Origin: Candidatus Peribacteria bacterium
GTDB lineage: Bacteria > Patescibacteriota > Gracilibacteria > Absconditabacterales > Absconditicoccaceae
Direction of reading: 5' to 3'
Length of the DNA stretch: 64,000 nucleotides
NCBI GenBank assembly: GCA_031276875.1
Contig: JAISMG010000028.1
Coordinates: forward strand, 11,465-75,464
The notes beneath the pieces were generated by a model, which saw only the letters and a list, made by a program, of their open reading frames with translations, did not search any database and was not told the DNA's origin. How positions within the stretch are numbered: position 1 is the stretch's first letter; each line of letters opens with the position of its first letter. This document shows, in pieces, positions 11,981-25,571 of this stretch. Made by a program: the position numbers and the translations under genes.

Positions 11981-13069
11981 ATGGACTTTGACCCAAAGAA
12001 AGATTATTATGCCCTGCTCGGCGTAAGCGAAACCGCCAGCATTGATGAAATCAAAAAAGCTTTTAGAAAGCTGGCTGTCAAACATCATCCCGATAGAGGA
12101 GGAAGCAAAGAAAAATTTCAAGAAATTAACGAAGCTCACAGCGTACTTTCCGACGAAAAGAAAAAACAACAATACGATATGTTTCGTAAAGGCGGGTTTG
12201 GTGGTTTTGGTGATGGTGCAGGATTTGATTTTGGAAATTTTGGTGGATTTGGTGGCTTTAGTGGCGGTGCAACCATTGATATGGGCGATTTAGGAGATTT
12301 GATTGGTAATATTTTCAACGGTGGTTTTGGAGGATTTGGTGGCGGAACGGTTCCCAGCAGAACTGCTAAAGGTGAGGATTTGAAAAGAGTAATAGAAATC
12401 AGCTTTGAAGAAGCCTTTTTGTGAACAGAGAAAAAAATCAGCTATGAAAGAATGCAAAAAGTTGACGGAGTAAAAGAAGAAACCTGTAAAGAATGCTGAT
12501 GAAAAGGGAAAATCACGCAAGCTGCACAAACAATGTTTGGAACCTTCCAAACCCAAGTAGTTTGTCCAACCTGTCACGGCTATGGAAAAATCTTCACCAA
12601 AAACGGGAAACCTCTCGCCAACGGAGGATTGGAAGAACAAAAAGAAACGATTAGTATCAAAATTCCTGCTGGTATCAAAGACGACGCCTTTATCAAATAT
12701 CCTGAAAAAGGGAATGATGGCATTGGTGAAGCACCTACAGGAGATTTATATCTCAAAATCCGCGTACTTCCGAGCAATAAATATCGAAGAAAAGACAATG
12801 ATTTATACGTGAAAGCCGAGATTTCTCTGTTTGATGTCGTGCTGGGAGGAGAAATTGATGTGCCTCATCCTGAAGGAAAAATGACCATAAAAATCCCAAA
12901 AGGAACACAGATTGGCGACAAAATTAAAGTGGGAGGAAAAGGTTTTGGTAGTAAGGGCTTATTTCAGAGCAAAGGAGATATGTATGTAGAAACCCATATC
13001 AATATCCCCAAAAAGCTGAGTAAAGAAGAAGAAAAGTTGTGGAAGGAATTGCAAAGTTTGGAAAAATAA
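11981..13069 (+). CDS. dnaJ: DnaJ chaperone (single zinc centre)
   Basis: J-domain HPD, G/F-rich region, two CxxCxGxG motifs, C-terminal domain; joined through TGA. Confidence 0.92.
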
Positions 13070-13072
13070 TCA
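13026..13072. repeat. 47-bp direct repeat copy 1 (dnaJ 3' end including stop)
   Basis: Identical to 15952..15998. Confidence 0.95.
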
Positions 13073-13109
13073 TTAGCTTTATCTTGTTTTATATGATACT
13101 ATTTAGAAA

Positions 13110-13742
13110 ATGGCTACCCGAGAAAGTGTTAATTTCAGTTTTTCAGAACATCCTACTCATTGGAAAGCTCACGACAAATATAAGCTTATTTCTCATAAGA
13201 TTAAAAAGCTGGATGAACCTCACCTCCAACAATAGAGAAACAAACGAAATGAACTAGCAACCAATCCCAAGCTTTTTGCTATATACAAAGATAGACTCAA
13301 ACTTACCATCAATTCCTTTAAAGAAGCGAATTTAGAAGATAAAATACAACTCCTCCGATATCTTATTCCTAGAAATAGTGCTCTTGCTACGGTTCCAGAA
13401 ACCTGTATTAGATTAGTGAGTATACTTATTGCAGGAAAACCTGTAGACCTCAATAAACTTGGCACTAGAACTTCTTCCACATTATTTCAGAAAAATACGT
13501 GTGGGAGTATGTGTATACTGTTTTTGCAACTTGCGAAAGCACTATTGGAAGTAGATGGAAAGATATATTCTATTGCGGGACATCATAGTTATGTGATTAC
13601 GGAAAATCCTACCTATTATATAGATTTTTCTGATGGGATTTTAACGAAACAATTTCATACGTATCCATCTTGAGTTTTTACTACGAAAGAAGCGTATTTT
13701 ACCTATATTAAAAATACCTTTGAAGGGAAATTTTTATTGTAG
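13110..13742 (+). pseudogene. Transglutaminase/papain-like (Cys-His-Asp) protein interrupted by in-frame TAG at 13233
   Basis: NTCGSMC...GHHSYV...YYIDFS; frame open on both sides of the TAG. Confidence 0.55.
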
Positions 13743-13841
13743 TATCAGTTTCTATTGTATGTAAAATACAAAGTTTTCTTTACAAAAAAACCGGAAGGAA
13801 ACATTTGTAGTCCAATAGCAGACTATTGAGCAAAAAATACT

Positions 13842-15559
13842 TTAGGAAGTGGGAACAGACTTTTTACTTTCTTTTTGTAAAAAATGATAAAAATCAGCAT
13901 ATTCTTCCTGTTTTGCTAATGCTTGCTCGTTAGGATAAAGAAACAAAAAGGTTTTGGTGCGTTGACTTAATGCTTCTAAATTCGTTAAATCTTCATTTCC
14001 TGCATATGCTTCTTTGAGAGGACAGATTTTTCCTTCTTTTTCTACTAAATAGTGAGAGCCCGACTTGAAGGCAGGAATATCCACATAAAAAATCAGATTT
14101 TGATAATTGGAATGCTCTTGAAGAAATTGTGCTTTGAATGTTTCCCTTTCTTCTGCTGTAGCAAATTGTTGAGTATGAAAAAGTTCATTAGCAGGTGTTA
14201 AAATATTATAAGGAATAAGGTTATTATCATAAGATTCCATCAAAAGTTCTTCTAGCTGAAGAGTTTCTTCATTATTTTTTCCTGTTGTTCCTAGCAATAG
14301 CTGTTGTTTATTTATCTTTCCTTGTTGGATGAGATAGTCCATACAAAGCCCAATGATATATTCTTGGCTCCATAGTTCAGGACGAAGATAGATAAAATTA
14401 TGCATTAAAGCTCTAATCGTCAGGAAGGTGAGTAAATGTTCAGGATTTTTAAAATATATTTGTTCCTTTCTTATCACAATATCATTTACAATATCTCCAA
14501 AATAGGGATTTTTATCCAATAGTGTAGTAAGCTGTTGATAGTCAACATTTTCTGCTATGGATTTTGGTATAGGATAATCGGAAACTATCAAATCATCTAC
14601 ATCTCTTATTGTATATGCAATCCTATCCACTATATCCAAAACACGCCCATATATTCCATTATTTTGAATTCCTTTGTTGAGTTCTTCCAAGGTAATTCAA
14701 AACGTAGTCAAGAGATAGTCTCCAATTTTAGGATAGTGTTGTATATAGGTTAAAAAATTTGTTTCTTCTTTGAGGTCGGGATACTTTTTCATTGTAATAT
14801 CTCCTCCTATGGGAGTAGCAATGTCGTGAAAAAGCCCAAGTAGGACGAGGTAAATAATATTTTTGAGAGATAAGTTATTATTTTCTCCCACTTTCCCTCC
14901 CAAGAGAGCAACGTCGGTACTATGCATATGACGATTATGTAGATTATGATAACTACATCATTCTATGCTATGATGAGTAATGCCATATTGAGAAAGAAAA
15001 GTCAATTTAGTCACTATTTCAGGAAATTTATACAATACCTTATAGGGAGAATGCTTTTTATTTGACATCGTAATCAAGGTATTCGTAGAATATGGCATAA
15101 TATATCTTTCTCCATTTTCCCACTGTTTTTTGTCAGGAAACTTATAAAATTCAAAAAGTTGATTTCTTTTAAATTGTTTTTGTTGTTCTTCACTGAGGGG
15201 ATAATTAGATAATGGCTCTTGCAAAACATATTGATGATGAGGGATAATTTTTTCCCTATGCTTATTTATCCATTTTTGTAGATTTTTTTTGGTCCATACC
15301 GGTTTTCAATGATAAAAATGCTGATTGAGTTCCCGAGCAATTTTTGCAAAATGAGGTAAACGCTGTTTTCCATTATGAGTTCGATACTGAGAATGACCTA
15401 AAAGAAACGATATATATATATGATTTCTCCATATGATGATTCCTTTTTTTCAAAAGCAGTTTTGATTTCCTTATTGCAAAACTGGGTAATAGGACGGTTC
15501 CCATCAGGTTTGGGAGGTTGCTTGTTTAAATGTTTATGGTCAGGTCAATCTTTGTACAT
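13842..15559 (-). pseudogene. HD-domain phosphohydrolase (dNTPase-like), frameshifted at an (AT)6 tract near 15410-15421
   Basis: SQYG..HNRHMHS..LFHDIA..DIVDRIAYTIRD; removing one AT unit gives one open frame from ATG 15559. Confidence 0.7.
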
Positions 15560-15787
15560 TAGATAAAGATAAAGAGAAAATAAAACACTTTATATTATAT
15601 CCAAAATGACTTTTTTTGCAAATTTTAATGAAGATATTGTAGTATTTTTATAAAAAATTGTAATGTATGACATAATTTAGAGAAGCAATAGTAGTTATTC
15701 GGAATTTTTACCTACTCAGCACCACTCTTTCCATCTGAAATACACTAATTGCCACATTTCCAGAAAGCTGATACTTTTGTTTGATAT

Positions 15788-15949
15788 TTATTGAGTTTGC
15801 ACTGTTTTCACGATGTCAAATACAGTATTTTTTACTTTAAGTTCCTGTTTCTTTATCATTCCATTGTAAAGTAAATCAATGAGTGCGTCAAGGGATTTTT
15901 CGGTTTCCAGCACACTATTTGAAGCAATGAGGACGCTTTTCCCATCAAA
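15788..15949 (-). pseudogene. 5'-truncated gene remnant abutting the dnaJ repeat
   Basis: Open frame FDGKSVLIASN...VKTVQTQ* with no start, begins at the repeat junction. Confidence 0.4.
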
Positions 15950-15951
15950 TA

Positions 15952-15998
15952 AAGAAGAAAAGTTGTGGAAGGAATTGCAAAGTTTGGAAAAATAATCA
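15952..15998. repeat. 47-bp direct repeat copy 2 (dnaJ 3' end)
   Basis: Identical to 13026..13072. Confidence 0.95.
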
Positions 15999-16001
15999 AC
16001 A

Positions 16002-18569
16002 TTACATCACTTTAATATCCATTACCGTTTCGATAGGTTGAGTATCTTCAAATTCTAATATCAATTTCACCGTATAATTGCCCGCAGTAGTGTAAATGGT
16101 AGAAACTTCTGAACAGCCTCTACCTTTACATTGATGAGGAGGCTGACCATCTCCAAAATTCCATTGCATTGTTTTAGGTAATCCGTTAAATTCTGCCAAA
16201 AATTGGACTTTATCGCCTACTCTGGCAATTTGTGTAGGATGAGAGGGAGACGATAAGTCTATTTGTACCAATTGTTTTTTCACTAGAATCCCCATCTCTG
16301 TAGTGAGTTCTACTTTCTCTCCTTTTCTGGTGGTAATTACTACTTTGGGAAAGAAGGTTCCCTTTTCGTTCTGATAATCATATTTGTAGGTGTGGGTGAT
16401 GATACCGTTTGGTAAATTTGTTTTGGTTTCTCCATCTCCAAAATCCCAACTAAAAAATTCAATACTATCTCCCAATACTGTTGAAATACTCTGAGAAGCA
16501 TCCAACGTAACACTGAGCGGTTCATATCCACTATCAGGAGTAAGGGTCAGCTTCCCAATGAGGTTAGGTCTTTTGACAGTCAACGTGAGTGGAATTTCCT
16601 TTTTCAAATCACGTTCAAGGTCTTCTACTACGATACGTATGGCATAGTCTCTTTCTTCATTGATAGCAAATTCATAGGTATTGCCTTGATTTAAAATCAC
16701 TTTCCCATCGACAAAGACATTTTTTTGTAGAGAAGGGGTACTGGGACTAACGGAAGTGATTTCGAGTTGAAGGGTTTGAGGGACATTGTCCAATAGAACA
16801 TTTCCACCAGAAAAAGCTGACGCAGGCAAAACGGTAAAGCTTGTACTTCACGCTGCTTTCTGCTTCAAAGTATACTTTACATTCAGACTTTCTTTAGCTA
16901 ATTGAAGAGGTTCAGACTCACAACGTCCTCTTTTCCCGTCTACCGTGATAAAATCAAGTCCTACGAGATAATTTCCCACTTCTGGAAAAGTATAATCAAT
17001 GTCTCTGCTCTTTTCCTTCAAGGTAGCAATAGTTGTATTCGTCGCCGTATCAATAATGCTATAGCTGTAATTCGCCACACTCGAAACGGAACCTGCTAGA
17101 AAATTCGTCTGAATTTTATATTTCGTTTTTTCAAAGTTCAATAAGATAATTTCGCAGATAGGGACATCAGACTGTTCCACTCTGAGAGGAAAAGAATAAA
17201 CAAAATCGGAAATATCAGGAAATTTCACCGTTGGATAATACACTTTGGGGAGTTTATAGGTATAATCAAATCTGACCATATCTTCTCTTTCATAGGTATT
17301 ATCGCCGTCCATATCCCATACCACGTGATATTCTGGTACATTGAAATCTCTAAAAATCGCTGTGGTATCTATCGTAATTTTTGCAGGAGCTTTTCCGAGG
17401 TTGAGTTCTCCATTTTGAGTAATTAAAGGAGCATTGCCGAGTAGAAGCTGAATAGCAGATTTAAAGCTGAGTGTACCCACTGAACGTTCTGTGGTAAGTC
17501 TTTCTTCCTTCGTAATCAAATTATTGTAGCTAACGGTAATAGAAACGGGATAGTCCCCTTTTTTATCATAAAAACATTTGCCATTAAATCCTGTATTTTG
17601 GTAAAAAAGCGTTTGTTGCTGAGGATTACCACAATTGAGCGTCAGCGTTTTTACTTCTACTTCTCCTAAACTGGCAACATAATTTTCCCATATTGGCATA
17701 TTGAGTTCAAAAGACATTTCAGCAGGAGCAATAAGTTGTACATTTCTGAGTGAACGAGTAGCTCCTTCTTTTCCGACCAAATATGGTTCAATAATGCTGG
17801 TAGAAACGGGAACTGCTTCCGGAATGATAATTTTTCCAATCTGTCCAAACACTACTCCAGCGATTCCTCCCGCTACTCCCAGCAAAGCAAAAGCTCCCAA
17901 AAGTCCGAGAACGTATTTTGTTTTTGACTGATTTTTCACGGTAATGAGCCTATAAATATTCGTCAACAAAAATCCTAATCCCATCAAACCAATCACTCCC
18001 ACAATCAATCCTGCAAACATTGAAAGCAGGGTTTTGGCAGTAGTTGCCGTAATCCCCACTCCTGCGAGTGCGTTTGCATTTTTGGTCAAGGACATCAAAA
18101 TCACCGCAAAAAGTCCTCCTAATATTAGCAACAGTACCACACATCCAATCGCAAATTTTTTGTAAGAAAAGTTGTTTTTTGCTCCTTGTTTGACGTCGAC
18201 AGGTTTATTCACTTGAATACTATTGTATCCCAGAGCTTTGAGTTGTTCTTGTTTTTGTAAATAGGCAATATTAAGCTGGTCTAATTGAGCTTTAATTTCT
18301 TGGGTTTTTTCGGAAGTGAGTTGAGGGTTGGTTTTGAGAAAAGCTACAATTTGATTGTACTGTTGCTGTAATTGTTGCTGCTGAACGAGCAATTGTTGAA
18401 TTTGCATTGCTGCACTCGGTTGCGTCGGTGCAGATGGTTGTGGTTGCACAGGTTGCGTTGAAGAAAATTGCACAGGCTGAGCAGAAGGTGTCGGCTGAGC
18501 AGGAGGAACAGAAGGCTGAGGAGTAGTATTTGCTGGAGGAGTTGAAGGGAGGGGAGTTTGATTGTCCAT
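16002..18569 (-). CDS. Large membrane-anchored PKD-domain protein with Pro/Gln-rich N-terminus (855 aa)
   Basis: 3 TM segments; WDMDGD, WDFGDG, WNFGDG motifs; ORFs join via TGA 16848. Confidence 0.85.
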
Positions 18570-18762
18570 AGTACGAAAAAGAGAAATAAAGTAAGGTATC
18601 CTAAGTATAATCGAATTTTTTCTTTTTGCAAAGTTTTATGAAGGGAAGCAATGAAGTTATACTCGACTTTTTATCAATAATGTATGTAGTTTATGCTGTA
18701 GAGAGCATTATTTTTACACTATCAAACAATATCATACCTTCATAAAAATGCTCCAGTTTTTC

Positions 18763-18965
18763 GTTCAAACGTATTGTCGGCGTGTTATTTGGATGCAAAA
18801 AACGCCACGTACCATCAAACGAAAAACGCAAATTTTTCGTAGGGACGTGCCATTAGCACGTCCGAACAACATATAATTTCCCTGTTCAAACGTATTGTCG
18901 GCGTGTGGTTCTGTTCAAATGTATTGTTGGCGTATCATTTGGATGCCCCACGAGGTCGTCCCTAC
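18763..18965. repeat. REP/REPIN-like cluster: inverted GTAG-hairpin pair plus three 23-bp direct repeats
   Basis: GTAG-GGACGTGC-catta-GCACGTCC at 18839; degenerate inverted copy 18941..18965; gttcaaacgtattgtcggcgtgt at 18763, 18884 and (variant) 18913. Confidence 0.75.
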
Positions 18966-19129
18966 CTCATAATTCTCTGCAATCTTTTAATAAAAAATCC
19001 CTTGCATTTCCACAAAAAACTCTTACACTTTACATCAATGAAATAAAAAGTCCCCAAAACTTTGACAAAATTTAGAAAAGTAATATAATTAGAAAGATAA
19101 AAATTTTATCTTTTCTACACAATATTACT

Positions 19130-19915
19130 ATGAATAAAATGTCAAAACTTGGTCTCACAGTTGGTATAGCAGCGTCTCTTTTTCTTATGTCTCAGAAACT
19201 TAAAGGACAGACTACAGACAACCTCGCACACAATCTACAACAGACAGAAGAAACAAGAGGTACAGCATTAACTTCAGAGAATTTTCTCACTTCCCTTGGC
19301 GTGAATATCACAGACCCCAACGAAAAAAAGCTGATAGAAACCGTACGATGAGTTTTGGATGATAAATCTAGAGCGTATACAGAAAAATTTTTTAATACCC
19401 ATACTCAAGAACTATCACCCAAAGATAGAACACTATATATTAAGCGATTTCTGTATACACTTTATCAAGAATTAGCACAGAGTCAAAACTTCTCACACGC
19501 TACCAACGTAGAAGCGTTGAGAGAGGAGATATGAGTTCAGATACCAGATGAAGTATATGAGAAAGCTGATGAAGAATATTATGAGGAATACAGTAAATGA
19601 TTAGCTAGATTACGGCAACAAGCTATTGCAGAAGCTAATTGAAGAATTACGGATGCTAATTGAAAAATTATAGAATATCGTGAAAGAGGTATAGAAGCTG
19701 ATAAAAAAACAGAAGATGTTTTGAGAGAATTCTATAAAATAAATCAGAAAGGTGTTGTTAGTAATGAAGCTTTGCGGTGAATGATTGAAGTTAAAAATAA
19801 CTTAAGAAGATTTCAAAAAGAAAAAACCTATATACCAGTAAATGATATTGAAACTATTTTACAACGACTTGAACAATTGGAGCAATCAGAAAAAGTGACT
19901 GCAGCAAGAAAATAA
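19130..19915 (+). CDS. Hypothetical secreted helical protein
   Basis: Signal-peptide-like N-terminus; 261 aa open with TGA=Gly; upstream TTGACA..TATAAT-like promoter. Confidence 0.7.
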
Positions 19916-19983
19916 GAGCAAGAAATTTGCACTTTTTTTAAAAATAACTATACTTAAGTATTCTATTTTCTATTACTAAGGAA

Positions 19984-22109
19984 ATGCCTCCAGACAAATT
20001 ACTTGATACCGCATCAACACTTGACACTACCAAAACTAAAGAAACGGTGTCTCCACCAGAGTTTTTTGAGGGAGAAAAAGAAATCAACCAACAGTATGAG
20101 AGCTTTTTTGATGAAGCAGTAATCCTAGGAGAATTTGAAAGCTCAGAAATAAAGGCAAAACTCCAACAGTTTTTACAAGCCCCTGAAAATGAAGAACTTA
20201 AAAGAAGACTAAAAACTAGCCTTAAAAGAAAAAAAGATGATAAAGAAGCATTTAATAAGGTTATCAAATGTTTTATTGTAGATAATATGATATGACCACA
20301 AAAGAAAAGTACTACTCAACAGGAAACACCTACCGTAGAACAAAACAATAGTAGCAATTTATGAAATCAATTATTATATAAACAACAAACAGAAACTACA
20401 GCTCAACAAACGGAAATTACAGCTCAACAAGAAAAAACCATTGCAATAGAAAAGGGAGAAAATTATGAAGAAGCTACTAAACGACTCACTCTCGCTAGCA
20501 CTGAAGCTAAAACCATTAGTAAAAAATACAACATTCAGCTAACCAACGATGAACTTGAACAAGAAAGAAACCGTCCAGAAACTCAAAAACTTCTCAGCTT
20601 TCTTCCTACTGGTTGGACTAAAGAACAAAGAAACGATTATCTTATCACCTATGCCTTACATACTCGTATCCAGCAAAATGCTAACGTCTCCCAAGCAGAA
20701 AAACACAGCTTACAAACCAAGATAAATAAACTGCATCAATCACTCAATATCCCTCATTCTCACCCTACTATCAATGCTACAGCACTTGCACAAGAGAAAC
20801 AAACTTCCTCTGAAAACCTAATAAAGACTAATCCTGACCTTATTGATAATGCCAGTCATATTTGGAAAGATAATATCGCCAAAAGAAAAGAAATCTTTGG
20901 AGAAAAAAGAATAGATTTGAATACACTCAAAGAACGATTTGGAGCAGAAGAAACGTTTAAAGAAGCTACTGCTATATATGAAGAATATACTAAATTGCAA
21001 GCAAATGGACAACAGCTTACTAATGAACAGCAACAGAGTATAGAACACTATCACAATAGCCTCCAATTGCATTATGAAACTAAACTCCAAGAACAGTTTG
21101 CCAAAAGTACAGCAACTTATCCTGTGGTATTTTTGATGGACTATTTCGACCAACAAACCGGTACTGAATTCACCTTGAACCAATCTAATGATATATATAT
21201 ATCAATAATTGAGCATTAACTATCAAAGGAACACTCAACGGAGGAAACATTGTCTTGAGATATGATATTTCCGCAGAACAACCTCAACTAGAAATCAATG
21301 ATTTTCTCCATAAACAAGATAGTACCACCTTTCAACTGGGAATGCACAATTTTAGAGGAACAGGATATTTGCTACCTTCTCAAGCAGATATCAATAATAA
21401 TCTCATCGCAACTTACCAAAAAACAGGAGAAAAGCTGATGGAAACGACATCTTTTACTGACTTTCAGAAAAAACTACAAACCAATTTTGAAACTTCTACT
21501 GATGAACTTTTTGGACACAAAGAACTGGCACAACTTACAATGGAAAGACAAATCCGTAAAGATGCAACTGCTCAAAAGCTTATTCCTCTAATACAAGCCA
21601 TAAAAGGAAAGATAGAATATACTGCTCAAAATCTGAGTGAGGAACTGAAAACTAATACTCATTTACAAAATTTTATTCGTTATGGAGATAATTTTTTGGA
21701 AACTGCTTCTATTGATGAAATTCAGCGTTTTCAATGGTGTATTGAACAGTTAACCATAAAAGCAAAAAATCCTGACGAACATCCTCACTATTCACCTCTC
21801 CTTCAACGTTTTCAGTCTGCTGATGGAACTTTTGATATTTTTGGACTCTTTGAGGGATTACCGGGATATAAAGAATTTATTACTAATCCTGATGAACATA
21901 AACAAGATTTTTCTCTAGGAATAGAGGAACTTTATTCTCTTCTTCAAGATGATAATCAGCCAACTCTAGCACAGCACAACACAAGTCATTATTCTAAACT
22001 TTATAACCAATATACTCAACAACTAGAAACCAAAGAGAAAGGAAATGTTGATAAAGATTTAGAGATACAACTAGAAGCCACCTTTGGAACTACTACCTTT
22101 TACGCCTAA
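19984..22109 (+). pseudogene. Large hypothetical protein (about 707 aa) split by an (AT)6 frameshift at 21191-21202
   Basis: Frame 19984..21219 and frame ending 22109 fuse if one AT unit is removed. Confidence 0.7.
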
Positions 22110-22138
22110 TTCTTTGTTATTTTATACTATTTACTACA

Positions 22139-22324
22139 ATGCCAACCACCCCACTTCGAGAAAAAATCCTATTTATCAATAAAGCAGTCAAAGCAGGACA
22201 TACCTACCGCAATGTTCCAGACGATGCCACAACAGCAAAAGAGCCAACATCAGAGCTGGATTTTCTTCTGCATTTCTCAAAAAACAACGTCTGCGACGCT
22301 ATGTGAAAAATGAGGGATATGTAG
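22139..22324 (+). CDS. Small hypothetical protein or remnant (61 aa)
   Basis: ATG 29 nt after the previous stop; open with TGA=Gly. Confidence 0.35.
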
Positions 22325-22691
22325 CAAGACATTCTGTTTTTCTCTCTACCTACTTTAAACCAAAAAAATGAGAAATAAACACTTTTACTGAAAAAGAATG
22401 GTTTGATATTTTTATTGACACAACTCCGTATGAGGAATAATAAAGGAAATCATTATTATATTTGCTTGTTATCTTATGATTTGCATTTTTTTTGGCGAAT
22501 TATTATAATGTATACGGTATGCAAAAGATATTCCCCGCAAAACTAGCATATTAACTGCTAATTTTTGTTTTTAATAAAAATTTCCAAAAAAGTTAATCTT
22601 ATCTTGCAATTTAATAGAAATTAACCATAATGGAAACTGTAAGATATTTAGAGGAATATTTTACAAGGTTTTACTTCCTAATTTCTTATGA

Positions 22692-22991
22692 ATGCATGTC
22701 ACATTCAAAGATGATGCATTGGAAAAGTTCTATCAGGAGAAGAAGAATAGACTTCGCTTCTCCAAGTCAATACAAAACCAATTCATTATCAAAGTCAACT
22801 TACTCAAAGGTGCTAGTGATATCAGAGCAGTCTATGCTTTGGCTTGATCGCTACATTTCGAGAGCTTGAACGAGTGAAAGTATAAAGGGAAGTATTCTAT
22901 CAGAGTCAATAATCAACGAAGAGTTATTATTGATAAGAAGGATAAACCTGAAATTACTTTAATTCTCGAGGAGATTATTGACTATCATTAG
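22692..22991 (+). CDS. higB: HigB-like RelE/ParE toxin
   Basis: F.DDALEKFY...LHFESL..GKYSIRVNNQ(CGA=W)RVI...IIDYH*; missed by ORF track. Confidence 0.88.
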
Positions 22992-23039
22992 TTGTCTCCC
23001 CCTCTGTAGAGAGATATTTATATTTTATTATCTATTACA

Positions 23040-23405
23040 ATGTCTAATGTAGATTACAATGTTCCATTCGCTGTACATCCGGGTGTGTATATCAAAATGG
23101 AATTAGAAGGGAGAAATGTGAAGCAAAAAGATTTTGCAGAAGTTTTAGGAATTAGTAAAGTTGAAGTAAGTAATCTCATTAAGGGTAAAAGAAACATTAC
23201 TCCTCGTCTTGCAGTACGTATTGGGGAAGCTTTTTGAACCTGACCAGAAACGTGGATAAATATGCAAACTATGTACGATTTATGGATTCTTAAACAAAAT
23301 AAGACAGAAGTACAAGAATGGAAAATTATTCCCAAAAGAATGAGTGTCTTTTATCCACAAGCATCTGAAACATTTCAAAGAAGAACTTCTTTAGCAATTG
23401 CATAG
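23040..23405 (+). CDS. higA: HigA antitoxin (XRE HTH)
   Basis: HPGVYI...GKRNITP..A.RIGEAFGTGPETWINMQ..YDL. Confidence 0.9.
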
Positions 23406-23478
23406 TTTTATCTTTCTATTTTTTTTACAAGTGATGTCTGAGTTAGATTTTCTTAGTTTTTATTCTTTTATACAATAG

Positions 23479-24966
<1,488 letters not shown>

Positions 24967-25020
24967 CAAACTAAAAAAGAAAGAAAAAGCTGAAGTATAC
25001 TAAAAGTCCTCTTTCAAAAC

Positions 25021-25050
25021 AAAAAAAAGAGTCGCAATGACTCTCTTTTT
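25021..25050. terminator. Bidirectional intrinsic terminator
   Basis: A-tract-gagtc-gcaat-gactc-T-tract between convergent genes. Confidence 0.7.
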
Positions 25051-25070
25051 GAAGCTTGGAAACTACCTTG

Positions 25071-25346
25071 TTATTTACACTTTTTACAACAAGATTTTTT
25101 TGCAACAGGTTTTTTTACTGCTACTTTTACTACAGAAGAGGTAGTAGCTGCTTTTTTAGCAGCAGGTTTTTTAGCAGGAGCTTTTTTAGCAGGAGCTTTT
25201 TTAGCAACTGGTTTTTTCACTGCTACTTTTTTTGCAACAGGCTTTTTAGCAGGTGCTTTCTTCGCAGCAGGTTTCTTCGCGGGAGCTTTTTTAGCAACAG
25301 CTTTTTTTGCGACTGGTTTTTTTACAGTAGGTTTTTTTGTAGGCAT
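25071..25346 (-). CDS. Histone H1/HC2-like Lys/Ala/Pro-rich protein
   Basis: Pentapeptide repeats [10 protein letters not shown]; C-terminal SCCKKCK. Confidence 0.8.
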   Translation of the reverse strand: MPTKKPTVKKPVAKKAVAKKAPAKKPAAKKAPAKKPVAKKVAVKKPVAKKAPAKKAPAKKPAAKKAATTSSVVKVAVKKPVAKKSCCKKCK

Positions 25347-25571
25347 TAGTAAAGGTCATAAGTAATAAAAGAAGTGGAACATATTCCATTCAGCCTATCA
25401 CTATGGTTTTTTTAGAGAAATGCAAGAGGAAATGTCTTTTCTTTTCGCTCTTTTGATGTGTTATTAGCGTAAGGAATGGAAAGATAAAGGTTTATGACTT
25501 GCCCTTCTCTTTGAGTTGTTTTTTGCAAAGTTTTGTGTAAAAAGGAACTGTTTTATTCTTTTCTTCACAAA

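Noticed and set aside
15660-15950. IS remnant at the edge of the dnaJ island
   Set aside because: No transposase motif or terminal inverted repeats found
18763-18935. CRISPR array
   Set aside because: Only three 23-mers with irregular gaps (98 and 6 bp), no cas genes; better explained as REP-associated
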